This document shows positions 9,624 through 19,280 of a DNA stretch of 32,000 bases, one piece after another. Below the pieces are notes generated by a model. That model was not told where the DNA came from. It saw only the letters and a list, made by a program, of their open reading frames with translations, and did not search any database. Numbering within the stretch: the stretch's first letter is position 1; the number at the start of each line of letters is the position of its first letter. Source of the stretch: Shewanella sp. VB17 (GTDB lineage Bacteria; Pseudomonadota; Gammaproteobacteria; Enterobacterales; Shewanellaceae); contig NZ_JABRVS010000001.1 in NCBI RefSeq assembly GCF_013248905.1, positions 2,927,273 to 2,959,272 on the forward strand, written 5' to 3'. Position numbers and translations under genes: made by a program.

Positions 9624-10634
9624 TTACTTGGCAGTCATCAGTGCGATTGCATTATCTAGCATACGATTGCTGAAGCCCCACTCATTGTCATACCAAGACA
9701 TTACTTTCACTAAACGACCTTTTACACGAGTCTGAGTGGCATCGAAGTTAGATGAAAAGGGATTATGATTGAAATCGATAGACACTAATGGTTCTTCATT
9801 AACAGCCAATACTTCACTCATTGGGGCGGATGCGGCGGCATTTTTGATAATGGCATTGATTTCTTCAACCGTTGTATCACGAGATGCGATAAAAGATAAA
9901 TCCACCAATGAGACGTTGACCGTAGGTACACGTACGGCTAAACCGTCAAATTTACCTGCCAGTTCTGGTACCACAAGGCCTACTGCTGCTGCAGCGCCAG
10001 TTTGTGTGGGGATCATTGACATGGCGGCTGCTCGAGCTCGACGAAGATCCGTATGATAAACATCAGAAAGACGCTGATCATTGGTGTAGGCATGGATGGT
10101 CGTCATTAACCCTGATTCAATGCCAATCATATCGTTTAAAGGTTTAGCAATTGGGGCTAAGCAGTTGGTCGTACAAGAAGCATTAGAGACAACCGTCATA
10201 TCTGCTGTGATGACGTGGTTGTTGACGCCATAAACGACAGTAGCATCAACATTTTTTCCGGGTGCTGATATCAACACTTTCTTAGCCCCTGCGTCTAAGT
10301 GAGGTTGAACAGCGTCTTTTGAGGTAAACATGCCTGTGCATTCAAAAACTACATCAACTTGTAACGCTTTCCAGGGTAGCTTTGAGGGATCTCGTTGAGA
10401 AAACGTCAGGATTTTATCTTGATTAACATAGATAGCTTCATCATCGTGTTCAACTTTTGCGTTGAAACGACCATGAACAGAGTCGTACTTGGTTAGATGA
10501 GCATTGATTGAGGCGTCACCAAGATCGTTGATAGCGACAATCTGGATCGGGTAATTTTTTTCACTTTCATACAGTGCTCGTAAAATATTTCGTCCAATAC
10601 GGCCATAGCCGTTAATAGCAACTCGGATAGACAT
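9624..10634 (-). CDS. gap: glyceraldehyde-3-phosphate dehydrogenase, type I (336 aa)
   Basis: [12 protein letters not shown]-binding motif, active site SNASCTTNC, and [12 protein letters not shown]-terminus. Confidence 0.9.
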   Translation of the reverse strand: MSIRVAINGYGRIGRNILRALYESEKNYPIQIVAINDLGDASINAHLTKYDSVHGRFNAKVEHDDEAIYVNQDKILTFSQRDPSKLPWKALQVDVVFECTGMFTSKDAVQPHLDAGAKKVLISAPGKNVDATVVYGVNNHVITADMTVVSNASCTTNCLAPIAKPLNDMIGIESGLMTTIHAYTNDQRLSDVYHTDLRRARAAAMSMIPTQTGAAAAVGLVVPELAGKFDGLAVRVPTVNVSLVDLSFIASRDTTVEEINAIIKNAAASAPMSEVLAVNEEPLVSIDFNHNPFSSNFDATQTRVKGRLVKVMSWYDNEWGFSNRMLDNAIALMTAK

Positions 10635-11073
10635 CTCATATCCCTCAGGTAAGTGTAAAAATAACTTCTAGTAGTAAAATTACCAAACTGACAACTACTG
10701 TCAAGCTATATCCGATATCTCGGTGTTTTTTTCGTGTTCATCATGATTATTACGCTTTTATGGTCATTTTTTTACATGAACTGTCTAGGGTCTGTTTATC
10801 TTTTATGGTTTTCATGCTGATATTTTATACAAGGTGAAACTTGTGTAGGTTAGTTATTCTACACCAACAAGTGACAAGGTACCGCGTTCATCCCGATGGC
10901 TTTATTGCAGTGTTGCGGGATTTTTACTGAACCGATTACGCTTCATCACCCGACGCCTTACATTAAATCCATTGATATTGAGCAAAATTCAAGCTCTAAA
11001 GATACACAGTCCCTAGTATGTTGTCACAACCCCGTTTTGGGCAGTTTTGTTCGTAGTCACAAAAGTGAGAGGC

Positions 11074-11922
11074 TTATTCTTTTTCTAAAATACGCTTAAT
11101 TTCACTGGATGGGTAATGGCCCTCTCCAAGTGCATCAGCTAAGTTTTTCGCTTGTATGTCTAGAGAAGCTTGAAGTGTAGTATCCCCATCAATGATCATG
11201 AGCATTTTTTTTTCTGATACTTGATTGTCGGTCATGAGAATATTGGCCCTAGATAGAAGATACGTGAAGGCTGCATTATCTAATTTTTGATAAGTATTGG
11301 CTAAACCAAGTAACCATTCGGGTTTAAAGTTATCTTGAGAGCTTCGATTTAAGACATCTAAATAAGTGGCTTTTGCTTTGTTTAGATCGTATTTTTGAAA
11401 ATGGGAAGCGATATTGGCGAGTATGTTAATATCATCGATCAAATTTAATTGCATTGCATGCAGTACTTTGTTTTTGGCAATTTGATCATTAAAACGCATC
11501 CAATGGTAAAAGGCGAGATGAACATTGTGGCTCTCCTTAGTCAAGACTTGGAGTTCTGCCAAACTTTGTGAGCTGAGCCCAAATGCTCTTACTCTATCAT
11601 TGGTTCTTTTAGGCGCGAGAATGTGCTTTACGCCGGAGGCAAGCTCAATGCATTTATTGTATTTTTCTAAATGGATTAGTTGTGAATAGAGGGCTTTTCC
11701 TGACGTAGGTTGTTCATGTTTAGTTATTAATCTACTGCCAATTAAGTCAGATTTTTCTATCCGACACCAACTGTCTTGGTGTAAGTCGTCACAAATGTCA
11801 GGATTTTTTTTACAGATACTGCTGCTATTTACTGCGGTATCGCAGCCAAGTAGGACCGAAATAATAATAATGCTGTAAAATGATGTAAATATTACTACAT
11901 TTAGACTCAAAATAAGCTCCAA
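11074..11922 (-). CDS. hypothetical lipoprotein with helical-repeat (TPR-like) body
   Basis: Hydrophobic N-terminus ending in the lipobox LLGC. The start is a non-ATG codon (TTG), so its position is uncertain. No family recognised with confidence. Confidence 0.55.
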   Translation of the reverse strand: MELILSLNVVIFTSFYSIIIISVLLGCDTAVNSSSICKKNPDICDDLHQDSWCRIEKSDLIGSRLITKHEQPTSGKALYSQLIHLEKYNKCIELASGVKHILAPKRTNDRVRAFGLSSQSLAELQVLTKESHNVHLAFYHWMRFNDQIAKNKVLHAMQLNLIDDINILANIASHFQKYDLNKAKATYLDVLNRSSQDNFKPEWLLGLANTYQKLDNAAFTYLLSRANILMTDNQVSEKKMLMIIDGDTTLQASLDIQAKNLADALGEGHYPSSEIKRILEKE

Positions 11923-12114
11923 AACAGATTTTATGCTAATAAAATTACATTTTAACCGTTAATATCTTGCTGGCTTGAAAGCCCACTTTTCATTACAATG
12001 GCGCCGACCATAATGGGGGATACCCGATTAATAATTAAAGTATTGGTCTTTTTTTTTTGTTACTCAATCATTTCTGCGAAATAAAAGTAGATATCGTGAG
12101 ATAAAGGATCTGTA

Positions 12115-13551
12115 ATGAGCGCTGATAAACACCTACAAAGCTGGCAAGAACGTTTCGAAATGGCGGAGGCTATGCAACCTCTTCTTGGTAAATTATATCG
12201 TAATCAAGGTGTTGAGGTCGTTTTATACGGTAAGCCTCTACTGAATGCCTCTACGATAGAAATCATCAAATCACACCGTTTAGTAAGTAAGCATGTCGGT
12301 TACAAACTTAGGCTGCGTGAAAGTTTTCCTTTTGTTGAAGCTTTAAGTAAGTTAGCAGTAAAACAGTGTAAAGTGGATATTGGTAAGCTTGCGATTAAGT
12401 ATTGGCGTGAGAATGCTGATGTCAATGGCATTGAAGCATACATGAGTCAAGAGCTTGCTACTGCCATTGATCATAATGATCAAGAGAAGCCGAGAGACGT
12501 TGTACTTTATGGTTTTGGTCGAATAGGTCGCTTACTAGCTCGTTTATTGATAGAGAGAACCGGGGTCAGTAATAAATTACGTTTACGCGCAATCGTGTTA
12601 CGTGGTGGGCGTAAAGGCGACCTTGAAAAACGAGCAAGTTTACTCAGAAGGGACTCTGTTCATGGTCCTTTTAATGGCTCTGTTGAAGTTGATGAGGAAA
12701 ATAATGCCATTATCGCTAATGGTACGTATATTCAGGTGATTTATGCCAATTCACCAGACGAAATTGATTATACAAGCCATGGTATCAATGATGCCCTCGT
12801 TGTTGATAATACTGGGATCTGGAAAGATGAAGATGGATTAGGTTTACACCTTAAGTCTACAGGCGCGACTAAGGTGCTACTTACTGCCCCTGCTAAAGGC
12901 AGTATTAAAAACATTGTTTATGGCGTTAATGAGTCAGATATTTTACCTGAAGATACTATTGTTTCTGCTGCGAGCTGTACGACTAATGCCATCACACCGG
13001 TATTAAAAGCAGTTAACGATAAATACGGCATTGAAAATGGGCACGTAGAGACGATTCATTCTTATACCAATGATCAAAATCTTATCGATAACTATCACAG
13101 TGCGGATCGCAGAGGACGCAGTGCACCATTGAACATGGTGATCACCGAAACCGGTGCTGCTAAAGCGGTATCTAAAGCCCTACCGGTGCTTGAAGGTAAG
13201 TTAACGGGCAATGCCATTAGAGTACCGACACCGAATGTGTCAATGGCGATCATTAGTTTGAATTTACATCATGAAACCAATAAAGAAGAGATGAACGATT
13301 ACCTACGAAATATCGCACTCCATTCAGATCTGCAAAACCAAGTGGACTTTACTGAATCAACCGAAATTGTATCATCCGATCTTGTTGGTTCACGTTATGC
13401 TGGTGTGATTGATTCACAGGCGACAATTGCTAACGATAAGCGTGCTATTCTTTACGTCTGGTATGACAATGAGTTTGGCTATAGTTGCCAAGTGGTGGGA
13501 GTCATGCAAAAGATGCTCGGACTTAATTATCAATCTTTGCCTCTGGTTTAA
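12115..13551 (+). CDS. long-form glyceraldehyde-3-phosphate dehydrogenase (478 aa, ~125-aa N-terminal extension)
   Basis: The core from residue ~128 carries LYGFGRIGR, SAASCTTNA and WYDNEFGYS. The N-terminal extension has no match in classical GapA. Confidence 0.85.
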   Translation: MSADKHLQSWQERFEMAEAMQPLLGKLYRNQGVEVVLYGKPLLNASTIEIIKSHRLVSKHVGYKLRLRESFPFVEALSKLAVKQCKVDIGKLAIKYWRENADVNGIEAYMSQELATAIDHNDQEKPRDVVLYGFGRIGRLLARLLIERTGVSNKLRLRAIVLRGGRKGDLEKRASLLRRDSVHGPFNGSVEVDEENNAIIANGTYIQVIYANSPDEIDYTSHGINDALVVDNTGIWKDEDGLGLHLKSTGATKVLLTAPAKGSIKNIVYGVNESDILPEDTIVSAASCTTNAITPVLKAVNDKYGIENGHVETIHSYTNDQNLIDNYHSADRRGRSAPLNMVITETGAAKAVSKALPVLEGKLTGNAIRVPTPNVSMAIISLNLHHETNKEEMNDYLRNIALHSDLQNQVDFTESTEIVSSDLVGSRYAGVIDSQATIANDKRAILYVWYDNEFGYSCQVVGVMQKMLGLNYQSLPLV

Positions 13552-13576
13552 GAGTATTACACGTTATGATGAAAGA

Positions 13577-13610
13577 AGCTCCAGCCCATAATAAAGGCTG
13601 GAGCTTTTTC
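13577..13610 (+). terminator. rho-independent terminator
   Basis: AGCTCCAGCC / GGCTGGAGCT stem with a 9-nt loop, followed by TTTTTC. Confidence 0.7.
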
Positions 13611-13732
13611 ATTTTTATGGATGAATTTGATTAAGATAATATTAAAACATGAGTAAATTGTTCAAAAAATAAGGCTTTGGTTTGTTTTAACATCAGTTAG
13701 ATAAAAAATCGCTTTTAATCTCGTTTTCAGGA

Positions 13733-13760
13733 TTGACTCTGCAGCTCAAATCGGTAGAAT
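13733..13760 (+). promoter_or_regulatory. sigma70-type promoter of the tRNA operon
   Basis: -35 TTGACT (13733-13738), 16-nt spacer, -10 TAGAAT (13755-13760), GC-rich discriminator CCCATCCCG, A/T-rich upstream region. Confidence 0.45.
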
Positions 13761-13895
13761 CCCATCCCGAAGTCAAGGCAAAGAGATTAAACAAACCTTG
13801 TCAGAACAGTAAGATTGATATCATTAACTCAGTTGATAAAGAATGAAGATGTGACCTTTATTGATATTTACAGATAATGATTGTCTAGAGATTAT

Positions 13896-13971
13896 GCGAC
13901 ATTAGCTCAGTTGGTAGAGCGATACCTTGCCAAGGTATAGGTCATCGGTTCGAACCCGATATGTCGCTCCA
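13896..13971 (+). tRNA. glyW: tRNA-Gly (GCC)
   Basis: 76 nt with a cloverleaf. Anticodon loop CTTGCCAA, GGTTCGAACCC T-arm, encoded CCA. Close to the E. coli tRNA-Gly(GCC) sequence. Confidence 0.95.
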
Positions 13972-13987
13972 AATTAAACAATGAGTT

Positions 13988-14061
13988 GGCGCGATGGCAG
14001 AATGGCTATGCTGCGGATTGCAAATCCGTCCATCTCGGTTCGACTCCGGGTCGCGCCTCCA
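13988..14061 (+). tRNA. cysT: tRNA-Cys (GCA)
   Basis: 74 nt: GGCGCG...GGATTGCAAATCC...GGTTCGACTCCGG...CGCGCCTCCA. Matches the E. coli tRNA-Cys pattern. Confidence 0.95.
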
Positions 14062-14144
14062 TATTTAGATATTGATGAGTTTTCTCTCGTTAGAGAAAAC
14101 AGTATTAACTACCGATAATACGTATTGTCAATATCAACGAGTTT

Positions 14145-14230
14145 GCCCGAGTGGTGGAATCGGTAGACACAAGGGATTTAAAATCCCTCGCTGAATAAGC
14201 GTGCCGGTTCAAGTCCGGCCTCGGGTACCA
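14145..14230 (+). tRNA. leuZ: tRNA-Leu (TAA)
   Basis: 86 nt, class II with a long variable arm. GGGATTTAAAATCCC anticodon arm. Near-identical 5' half to E. coli leuZ. Confidence 0.95.
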
Positions 14231-14236
14231 TCATTT

Positions 14237-14265
14237 AAGCCCTGACATACGTCAGGGCTTTTTTG
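14237..14265 (+). terminator. rho-independent terminator of the tRNA operon
   Basis: AAGCCCTGAC / GTCAGGGCTT stem with a 4-nt loop, then TTTTT. Confidence 0.8.
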
Positions 14266-14460
14266 TTATAATCTATCGATTTATGTCTTATGATCCCGCC
14301 TAAAAACTATTTTTTCTACTAGTATAAAATCTCACTACCTCTTAGCTCCTTACAGTGGTATAAAGAGTACAATACTTAAGAAATCTCAATAGACAGAATG
14401 TAATCTGTCTGGATCATTCTAGTATCAGCCCCTACATTCAAATACTTTAGGAAAGCAGTC

Positions 14461-15654
14461 ATGATATTTACTCAGGTTGAACTTGCACCAGCCGATCCCA
14501 TTTTAGGTTTAACGGATGAATTTAAAGCAGACACGAGATCTGAAAAGGTCAATCTAGGTGTTGGGATATATAAAAATGAGGCAGGATTAACCCCTATTTT
14601 AGAGTCTGTTAAATTAGCTGAGCAGCGATTACTTACCACTGAAAAAAGTAAAAATTATTTGGGAATTGATGGCGTTCAAGCCTATAATCAGGCAGTTCAA
14701 GCGTTGCTTTTTGGTGCCGATCACCCCGTTGTTAAGCATAAAAGAGCGTTAACTGCACAAGCGCCTGGTGGCACAGGATCGCTACGTATAGCGGCAGAGT
14801 TTTTGGTCCGTAATACCCAATCGAAAACCATTTGGGTTAGCTCACCTACTTGGGCAAATCATAAAAATATCTTCCAATCGGCTTCGCTTGAAATTAAAGA
14901 GTATCGCTATTATAAAGCCGACACTCATGATAAAGATTTCGATGCTATGGTCGCTGATCTTACCACTGCTAAAGCGGGCGATCTGGTGCTACTTCACGGC
15001 TGTTGTCATAACCCTACTGGGATCGATTTAACCGAAGCACAATGGCATATCATTGCTGATCTTTGTTTGAAACAAGCATTAATTCCCTTATTTGATTTTG
15101 CCTATCAAGGTTTTGGTGCTGGTGTCGATGAAGATGCTAACGGATTGAGGATTGTGGCTAATACTGTTCCAGAGCTGTTAATTGCAAACTCCTTTTCTAA
15201 AAACTTTGGCTTATACAATGAACGTATAGGTGCGGTGACAATTGTGGCTGATACTCAGGCTTCTGCCATTAAAGCCTTTAGCCAAGTAAAAAGTACTATT
15301 CGAGGAAACTATTCAAATCCGCCGGCACATGGCGCGTTAATTGTTAGCACCATTTTAGCTGATGCAGAGTTAAAAACCATGTGGAAAGCTGAGCTGACGG
15401 AAATGCGTGAGCGTATCGCTAAAATGAGAACGCTTTTTGTGGCGACGTTAAAAGAGGAGGGAGTCACACAAGATTTTAGTTTTATCTCAAGACAAAATGG
15501 GATGTTTAGTTTCTCAGGTCTTTCTAAAGCGCAAGTCTCTCAGCTTAAAGATGAGCATGCCGTTTATATCGTAGGCTCAGGCCGGATAAGTGTTGCGGGT
15601 ATGACGAAAGATAATATGCCTGTGATTTGTAAAGCAATCGCCAGCGTACTGTAA
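14461..15654 (+). CDS. aspC: aspartate/aromatic amino-acid aminotransferase
   Basis: 397 aa, collinear with E. coli AspC (APADPILGL, HGCCHNPTG, SYSKNFGLYNERVG-type SFSKNFGLYNERIG with the PLP lysine, NYSNPPAHGA). Confidence 0.92.
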   Translation: MIFTQVELAPADPILGLTDEFKADTRSEKVNLGVGIYKNEAGLTPILESVKLAEQRLLTTEKSKNYLGIDGVQAYNQAVQALLFGADHPVVKHKRALTAQAPGGTGSLRIAAEFLVRNTQSKTIWVSSPTWANHKNIFQSASLEIKEYRYYKADTHDKDFDAMVADLTTAKAGDLVLLHGCCHNPTGIDLTEAQWHIIADLCLKQALIPLFDFAYQGFGAGVDEDANGLRIVANTVPELLIANSFSKNFGLYNERIGAVTIVADTQASAIKAFSQVKSTIRGNYSNPPAHGALIVSTILADAELKTMWKAELTEMRERIAKMRTLFVATLKEEGVTQDFSFISRQNGMFSFSGLSKAQVSQLKDEHAVYIVGSGRISVAGMTKDNMPVICKAIASVL

Positions 15655-15689
15655 TCAGCTTTTACGTCAAAGCGCTTATTCAGTTGATA

Positions 15690-15724
15690 AACCCAAAGCA
15701 TATAGTGATTCTTTGGGTTTTTTA
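15690..15724 (+). terminator. rho-independent terminator
   Basis: AACCCAAAG / CTTTGGGTT stem followed by TTTTT. Confidence 0.7.
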
Positions 15725-15733
15725 ATGATCAAT

Positions 15734-16666
15734 TTAAAAATCTGAAACAATACATGCCAGTGCTTTTGCAAGTGCTTTTCGATCATGTAGACCAATATGA
15801 TGTTGACTGACTAAAGGACGATAGAGAATGTTACCGCATTGGTAACTCTCTTCAGAATGAGCCAGTATTTTGTCGATTAATTTGATGCCGAGGATCTGAT
15901 GGCACCAGTCGACTTTTTGCGTTAACGAAAAATCTGCAGCAGAGGATGGCTCTCGGGTTAAATTATCAATTAACACCACTTCTGCACTAGAATTAGCCAA
16001 GGCATCTGCAAATTTTGGTAACAAAAGTGGTGGCATGACACTGGTTAAAAAGCTGCCTGGTCCTAGGATCACAAGATCGGCTTCACGTACGGCATCACAA
16101 GCTTCACAGGTGGCTGTGACCATTGGCTCTAATGACAGCGCAATGGGGTGTTCCGACATTTCATCTACATTCATCTCACCAAAGACTTTATTACCACAAG
16201 CTTCAATAGCCACGAGATGCGTAGGCTCTTCTGACATGGGGATAACGCGGGTTTCGATGTTAAGAAATTGGCGTATTATATTGACAGCTTCTAATGGTCT
16301 GACACACAGTTGATCTAATGCAAGTAGCATTAAGTTACCTAGATTGTGACCAGATAATTCATTTTCGCCTGTAAAGCGATATTCAAATAATAAAGAGCCA
16401 ATTGAGGGATTGCTTGCCAATTGTGATAAGCAATTACGCAGATCACCCCATGCAATGCAGTCTTGCTGTTGTCTAAGTCTGCCTGTTGAGCCTCCATTAT
16501 CCGTTGTCGCAACAATACCTGTTAATTTAGGTCCAAGGAAGGAAAGCGTTGACAGTACTCTTCCTAGTCCATGACCACCGCCAATGGCGACGACATTATC
16601 AAATTTGTTTAGTGCATTATCTTGCATCAGGGTTTTCCTTGCTAACACCCAGGGATCAATCATCAC
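15734..16666 (-). CDS. YvcK/YbhK (CofD-like, UPF0052) family protein
   Basis: 310 aa with GGGHGLG and TDNGGSTG motifs typical of the family. Confidence 0.8.
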   Translation of the reverse strand: MMIDPWVLARKTLMQDNALNKFDNVVAIGGGHGLGRVLSTLSFLGPKLTGIVATTDNGGSTGRLRQQQDCIAWGDLRNCLSQLASNPSIGSLLFEYRFTGENELSGHNLGNLMLLALDQLCVRPLEAVNIIRQFLNIETRVIPMSEEPTHLVAIEACGNKVFGEMNVDEMSEHPIALSLEPMVTATCEACDAVREADLVILGPGSFLTSVMPPLLLPKFADALANSSAEVVLIDNLTREPSSAADFSLTQKVDWCHQILGIKLIDKILAHSEESYQCGNILYRPLVSQHHIGLHDRKALAKALACIVSDF

Positions 16667-16753
16667 CGATTATAACCTAGAATAGTTATTCAAACAGATG
16701 TTTTGTCGAAAGTGAAATATGGCTTATAATCTGAACCAATAATTTGATTTGAG

Positions 16754-17587
16754 GTGCGAATGAAAACAGGAAGAGTGGGTCAATTAACCGTATCGGTAAG
16801 TGTTGTTATACTTGTCTTTATTATATTAACGCTTAATTTTGTTGTAAAAGAAGATAAAAAAGATCAACAATTAGGGCAACTCGTTGAAAATAAGCAGCCG
16901 CTTAGCTTAATCCCAGATTTTGCTTCTATTTCGCTTGTGAGTGATAAAAAGAAAGCATTCTTTGAGTATTTACGTCCGTGGATCCGGCTTCAAAATGGGA
17001 TAATAAAAGAAGAACGCCAATTTTTACAAGACTCATTGCAGCACCTAAACAACGGCTTGGCGCTGACGGAGGCAGAGAATTATCATATCGAAGAAATCGC
17101 GACCAAATACAAATACACGCCTCGCATTATCAATATTGCCACGATTGAAACATTGTTGATAAGAACTGATATCATTCCAGAGTCAATGGTGCTTATTCAA
17201 GCAGCTAATGAAACGGGGTGGGGCAGTTCAAGGTTTGCTAAGGAAGGGTTTAACTTTTTTGGTCAATGGTGTTTTAAAAAAGGGTGTGGTTTAGTACCAC
17301 AATCAAGAACCGCTGGCATGTCGCATGAGGTTGCCGTGTATGACTCAGTTGAAGATTCTGTTGCCTCATATATGAAAAATTTGAATTCTAATGCTGCCTA
17401 TGCATTATTTCGTTCAATTCGTGCAGACATGCGCGCGGAAAATAAAGAACCCAGCGCTGATAAACTCGTATATGGGTTAGTCAATTATTCAGAACGACAA
17501 GAAGCGTACATTGATGAGCTTTTAGAAATGTTACGTCATAATCAGCAATACTTGGTAGGAAATAATGAAAAGAAACCTTCTGTTTAG
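16754..17587 (+). CDS. bax: Bax-like glucosaminidase-domain protein
   Basis: 277 aa with an N-terminal TM segment. AANETGWGSSRFAKEGFNFFGQWCF block as in E. coli Bax/FlgJ-type glucosaminidase domains. Confidence 0.75.
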   Translation: MRMKTGRVGQLTVSVSVVILVFIILTLNFVVKEDKKDQQLGQLVENKQPLSLIPDFASISLVSDKKKAFFEYLRPWIRLQNGIIKEERQFLQDSLQHLNNGLALTEAENYHIEEIATKYKYTPRIINIATIETLLIRTDIIPESMVLIQAANETGWGSSRFAKEGFNFFGQWCFKKGCGLVPQSRTAGMSHEVAVYDSVEDSVASYMKNLNSNAAYALFRSIRADMRAENKEPSADKLVYGLVNYSERQEAYIDELLEMLRHNQQYLVGNNEKKPSV

Positions 17588-18194
17588 TTGTTTAATCATC
17601 GTTTGTTCTTCAGTGCAAGCTATTCCGATATCATTAGAGTACCAAGGTTTTTACCAAAGATTAAAACAGGTCAATAAGGGACATTATTCACAGGTAGAGC
17701 TGGTTTTTTCGGTACCAAATAAAGAAAAGTGCCGAATACAAAGTGGTAATATTAGCACTGAAAAAGAATCATTTCCTTTAATCATTACTAAAGAACAACG
17801 ACTATTTTTACCCTTTGATGAAAAATTAAAATCTGATAGAGCTTTGATTAATTTAGATATTCAAGGTGAAACGAAACATTGTAATATTGCGATGCAAGTC
17901 AGAGCAAAACAAACCAAAATGGAGTATACACACGGTGATATTGTTGAGATCCAAGCTGAAATGAATGCCATGCTGAGTGAAATGCAGGGGTTCCCTATGC
18001 GTTATTTCACAACCGATATTGCAGGTGTGAGTTTTTTATTCGAAGCTGACAGTGATGTTACGGTTAACATTGATGGTGTTGTACAGTCTGTTTCTGGTAA
18101 GTTGAGGCTTAGTCGAGCGCAAATTTTAACCTTAACCAACCTTAAACTATCGTTAAAACCTAAGGTTATAAGCCCTTGGACAAATGGTGACTAA
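17565..18194 (+). CDS. hypothetical secreted protein
   Basis: 209 aa with a signal peptide (MKRNLLFSCLIIVCSSVQA). Overlaps bax by 23 nt. No function recognised. Confidence 0.6.
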   Translation: MKRNLLFSCLIIVCSSVQAIPISLEYQGFYQRLKQVNKGHYSQVELVFSVPNKEKCRIQSGNISTEKESFPLIITKEQRLFLPFDEKLKSDRALINLDIQGETKHCNIAMQVRAKQTKMEYTHGDIVEIQAEMNAMLSEMQGFPMRYFTTDIAGVSFLFEADSDVTVNIDGVVQSVSGKLRLSRAQILTLTNLKLSLKPKVISPWTNGD

Positions 18195-18198
18195 ATTG

Positions 18199-18235
18199 AA
18201 TTAGAAACCAAAAAACTATTTTTTGGTTTCTAATT
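18199..18235. terminator. bidirectional terminator between convergent genes
   Basis: 17-bp perfect stem AATTAGAAACCAAAAAA / TTTTTTGGTTTCTAATT with a 3-nt loop. Confidence 0.7.
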
Positions 18236-18240
18236 AGACA

Positions 18241-19200
18241 TTAAGGTGTATAGGTATTCACCACTGCTATTTTATGCTCATCTTTTACTCTTTTAATGCT
18301 ACTGGCCGCATCGAGATCAATATGGCCATTGTTTGACACATCGACAAAGTCGAAGGCTGGGAGCACCGATTCTGCCACTTCCCCTTTTAATGGCGCATTA
18401 GGATCACGAGTTAACGACCTAAAATCAAACTGTTCTCTGTCTACCCCTTGTGAAGGTGATGTATTTTGCATCGCCGTAAAAATAGACTCTATCCGTCCAG
18501 GGTGTTCAATATCCCATTGATTAAGCATGTCTTTAACTGAAGCTCGCTTTAAATTTTCTTGAGAACCACATAAATTACATGGAATAATAGGAAATGATTT
18601 TAATTCAGCATATTCGGCAATTTCTTTCTCACGAGAATAAGCCAAGGGACGGATCACTATATTTGCGCCATCATCTGAGAGTAGCTTAGGTGGCATGGCT
18701 TTTTGTTTACCCGCAAAAAACATATTCAAGAACAGGGTTTCAATAATGTCATCCCTATGATGCCCCAAAGCAATTTTTGTTGCCCCTATTTTTTGTGCAA
18801 AGCCATATAAGGTCCCACGACGTAATCGAGAGCATAGAGAACAGGTTTTTTGACCTTCGGGGATTTTATCTTTAACGATTGAATAAGTGTCTTTTTCTAA
18901 GATATGATAAGCGACACCCAAGTTATCGAGGTAAGCAGGAAGAATGTGTTCAGGAAAACCAGGCTGTTTTTGATCTAAATTAACGGCCACAATCTCAAAT
19001 TTTATGGGGGCTCGTTGTTGTAAGTCCAGTAGTATATCCAGCATGACATAACTATCTTTTCCGCCAGAAAGGCAGCACATGATCCGATCACCTTCTTCAA
19101 TCATATTATAATCAGAGATGGCCTTACCGACTTCGCTTTTAATCTTCTTTTGAAGTTTTTTTATGCGAGTGATTTGCTGAGTTGTTTGACCGGTCGACAT
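18241..19200 (-). CDS. ttcA: tRNA 2-thiocytidine(32) synthetase
   Basis: 319 aa, collinear with E. coli TtcA ([21 protein letters not shown]-loop, [21 protein letters not shown] cysteine motifs). Confidence 0.92.
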   Translation of the reverse strand: MSTGQTTQQITRIKKLQKKIKSEVGKAISDYNMIEEGDRIMCCLSGGKDSYVMLDILLDLQQRAPIKFEIVAVNLDQKQPGFPEHILPAYLDNLGVAYHILEKDTYSIVKDKIPEGQKTCSLCSRLRRGTLYGFAQKIGATKIALGHHRDDIIETLFLNMFFAGKQKAMPPKLLSDDGANIVIRPLAYSREKEIAEYAELKSFPIIPCNLCGSQENLKRASVKDMLNQWDIEHPGRIESIFTAMQNTSPSQGVDREQFDFRSLTRDPNAPLKGEVAESVLPAFDFVDVSNNGHIDLDAASSIKRVKDEHKIAVVNTYTP

Positions 19201-19237
19201 AAAAACGCGCCTAATAACACTTGAATTATGGGCGCGT
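19201..19237 (-). terminator. uspE terminator-like hairpin abutting the ttcA start codon
   Basis: On the minus strand ACGCGCC...GGCGCGT (7-bp stem, 19-nt loop) is followed by TTTTT, which runs directly into the ttcA ATG. Confidence 0.35.
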
Positions 19238-19280
19238 AGTATATCCTAAAACTACAGTGTTAAAAAGCTGAGTTATCAGC

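Noticed and set aside
10896-11099. 67-aa ORF in the gap upstream region, plus the 9211-9402 and 9038-9277 ORFs
   Set aside because: They have no RBS, odd composition, and overlap promoter regions or the ends of convergent genes. They are likely noncoding.
16840-16848. GTTGTAAAA, plus TTTGTAAC-type matches at about 12298 and about 29950, considered as E. coli-type Ter cores
   Set aside because: They match only 7 or so core positions, lack the flanking Ter positions (G6, T-A-T-G, C17 context), and lie inside coding sequences. This was a by-eye scan only; a position-weight-matrix search is still advisable.
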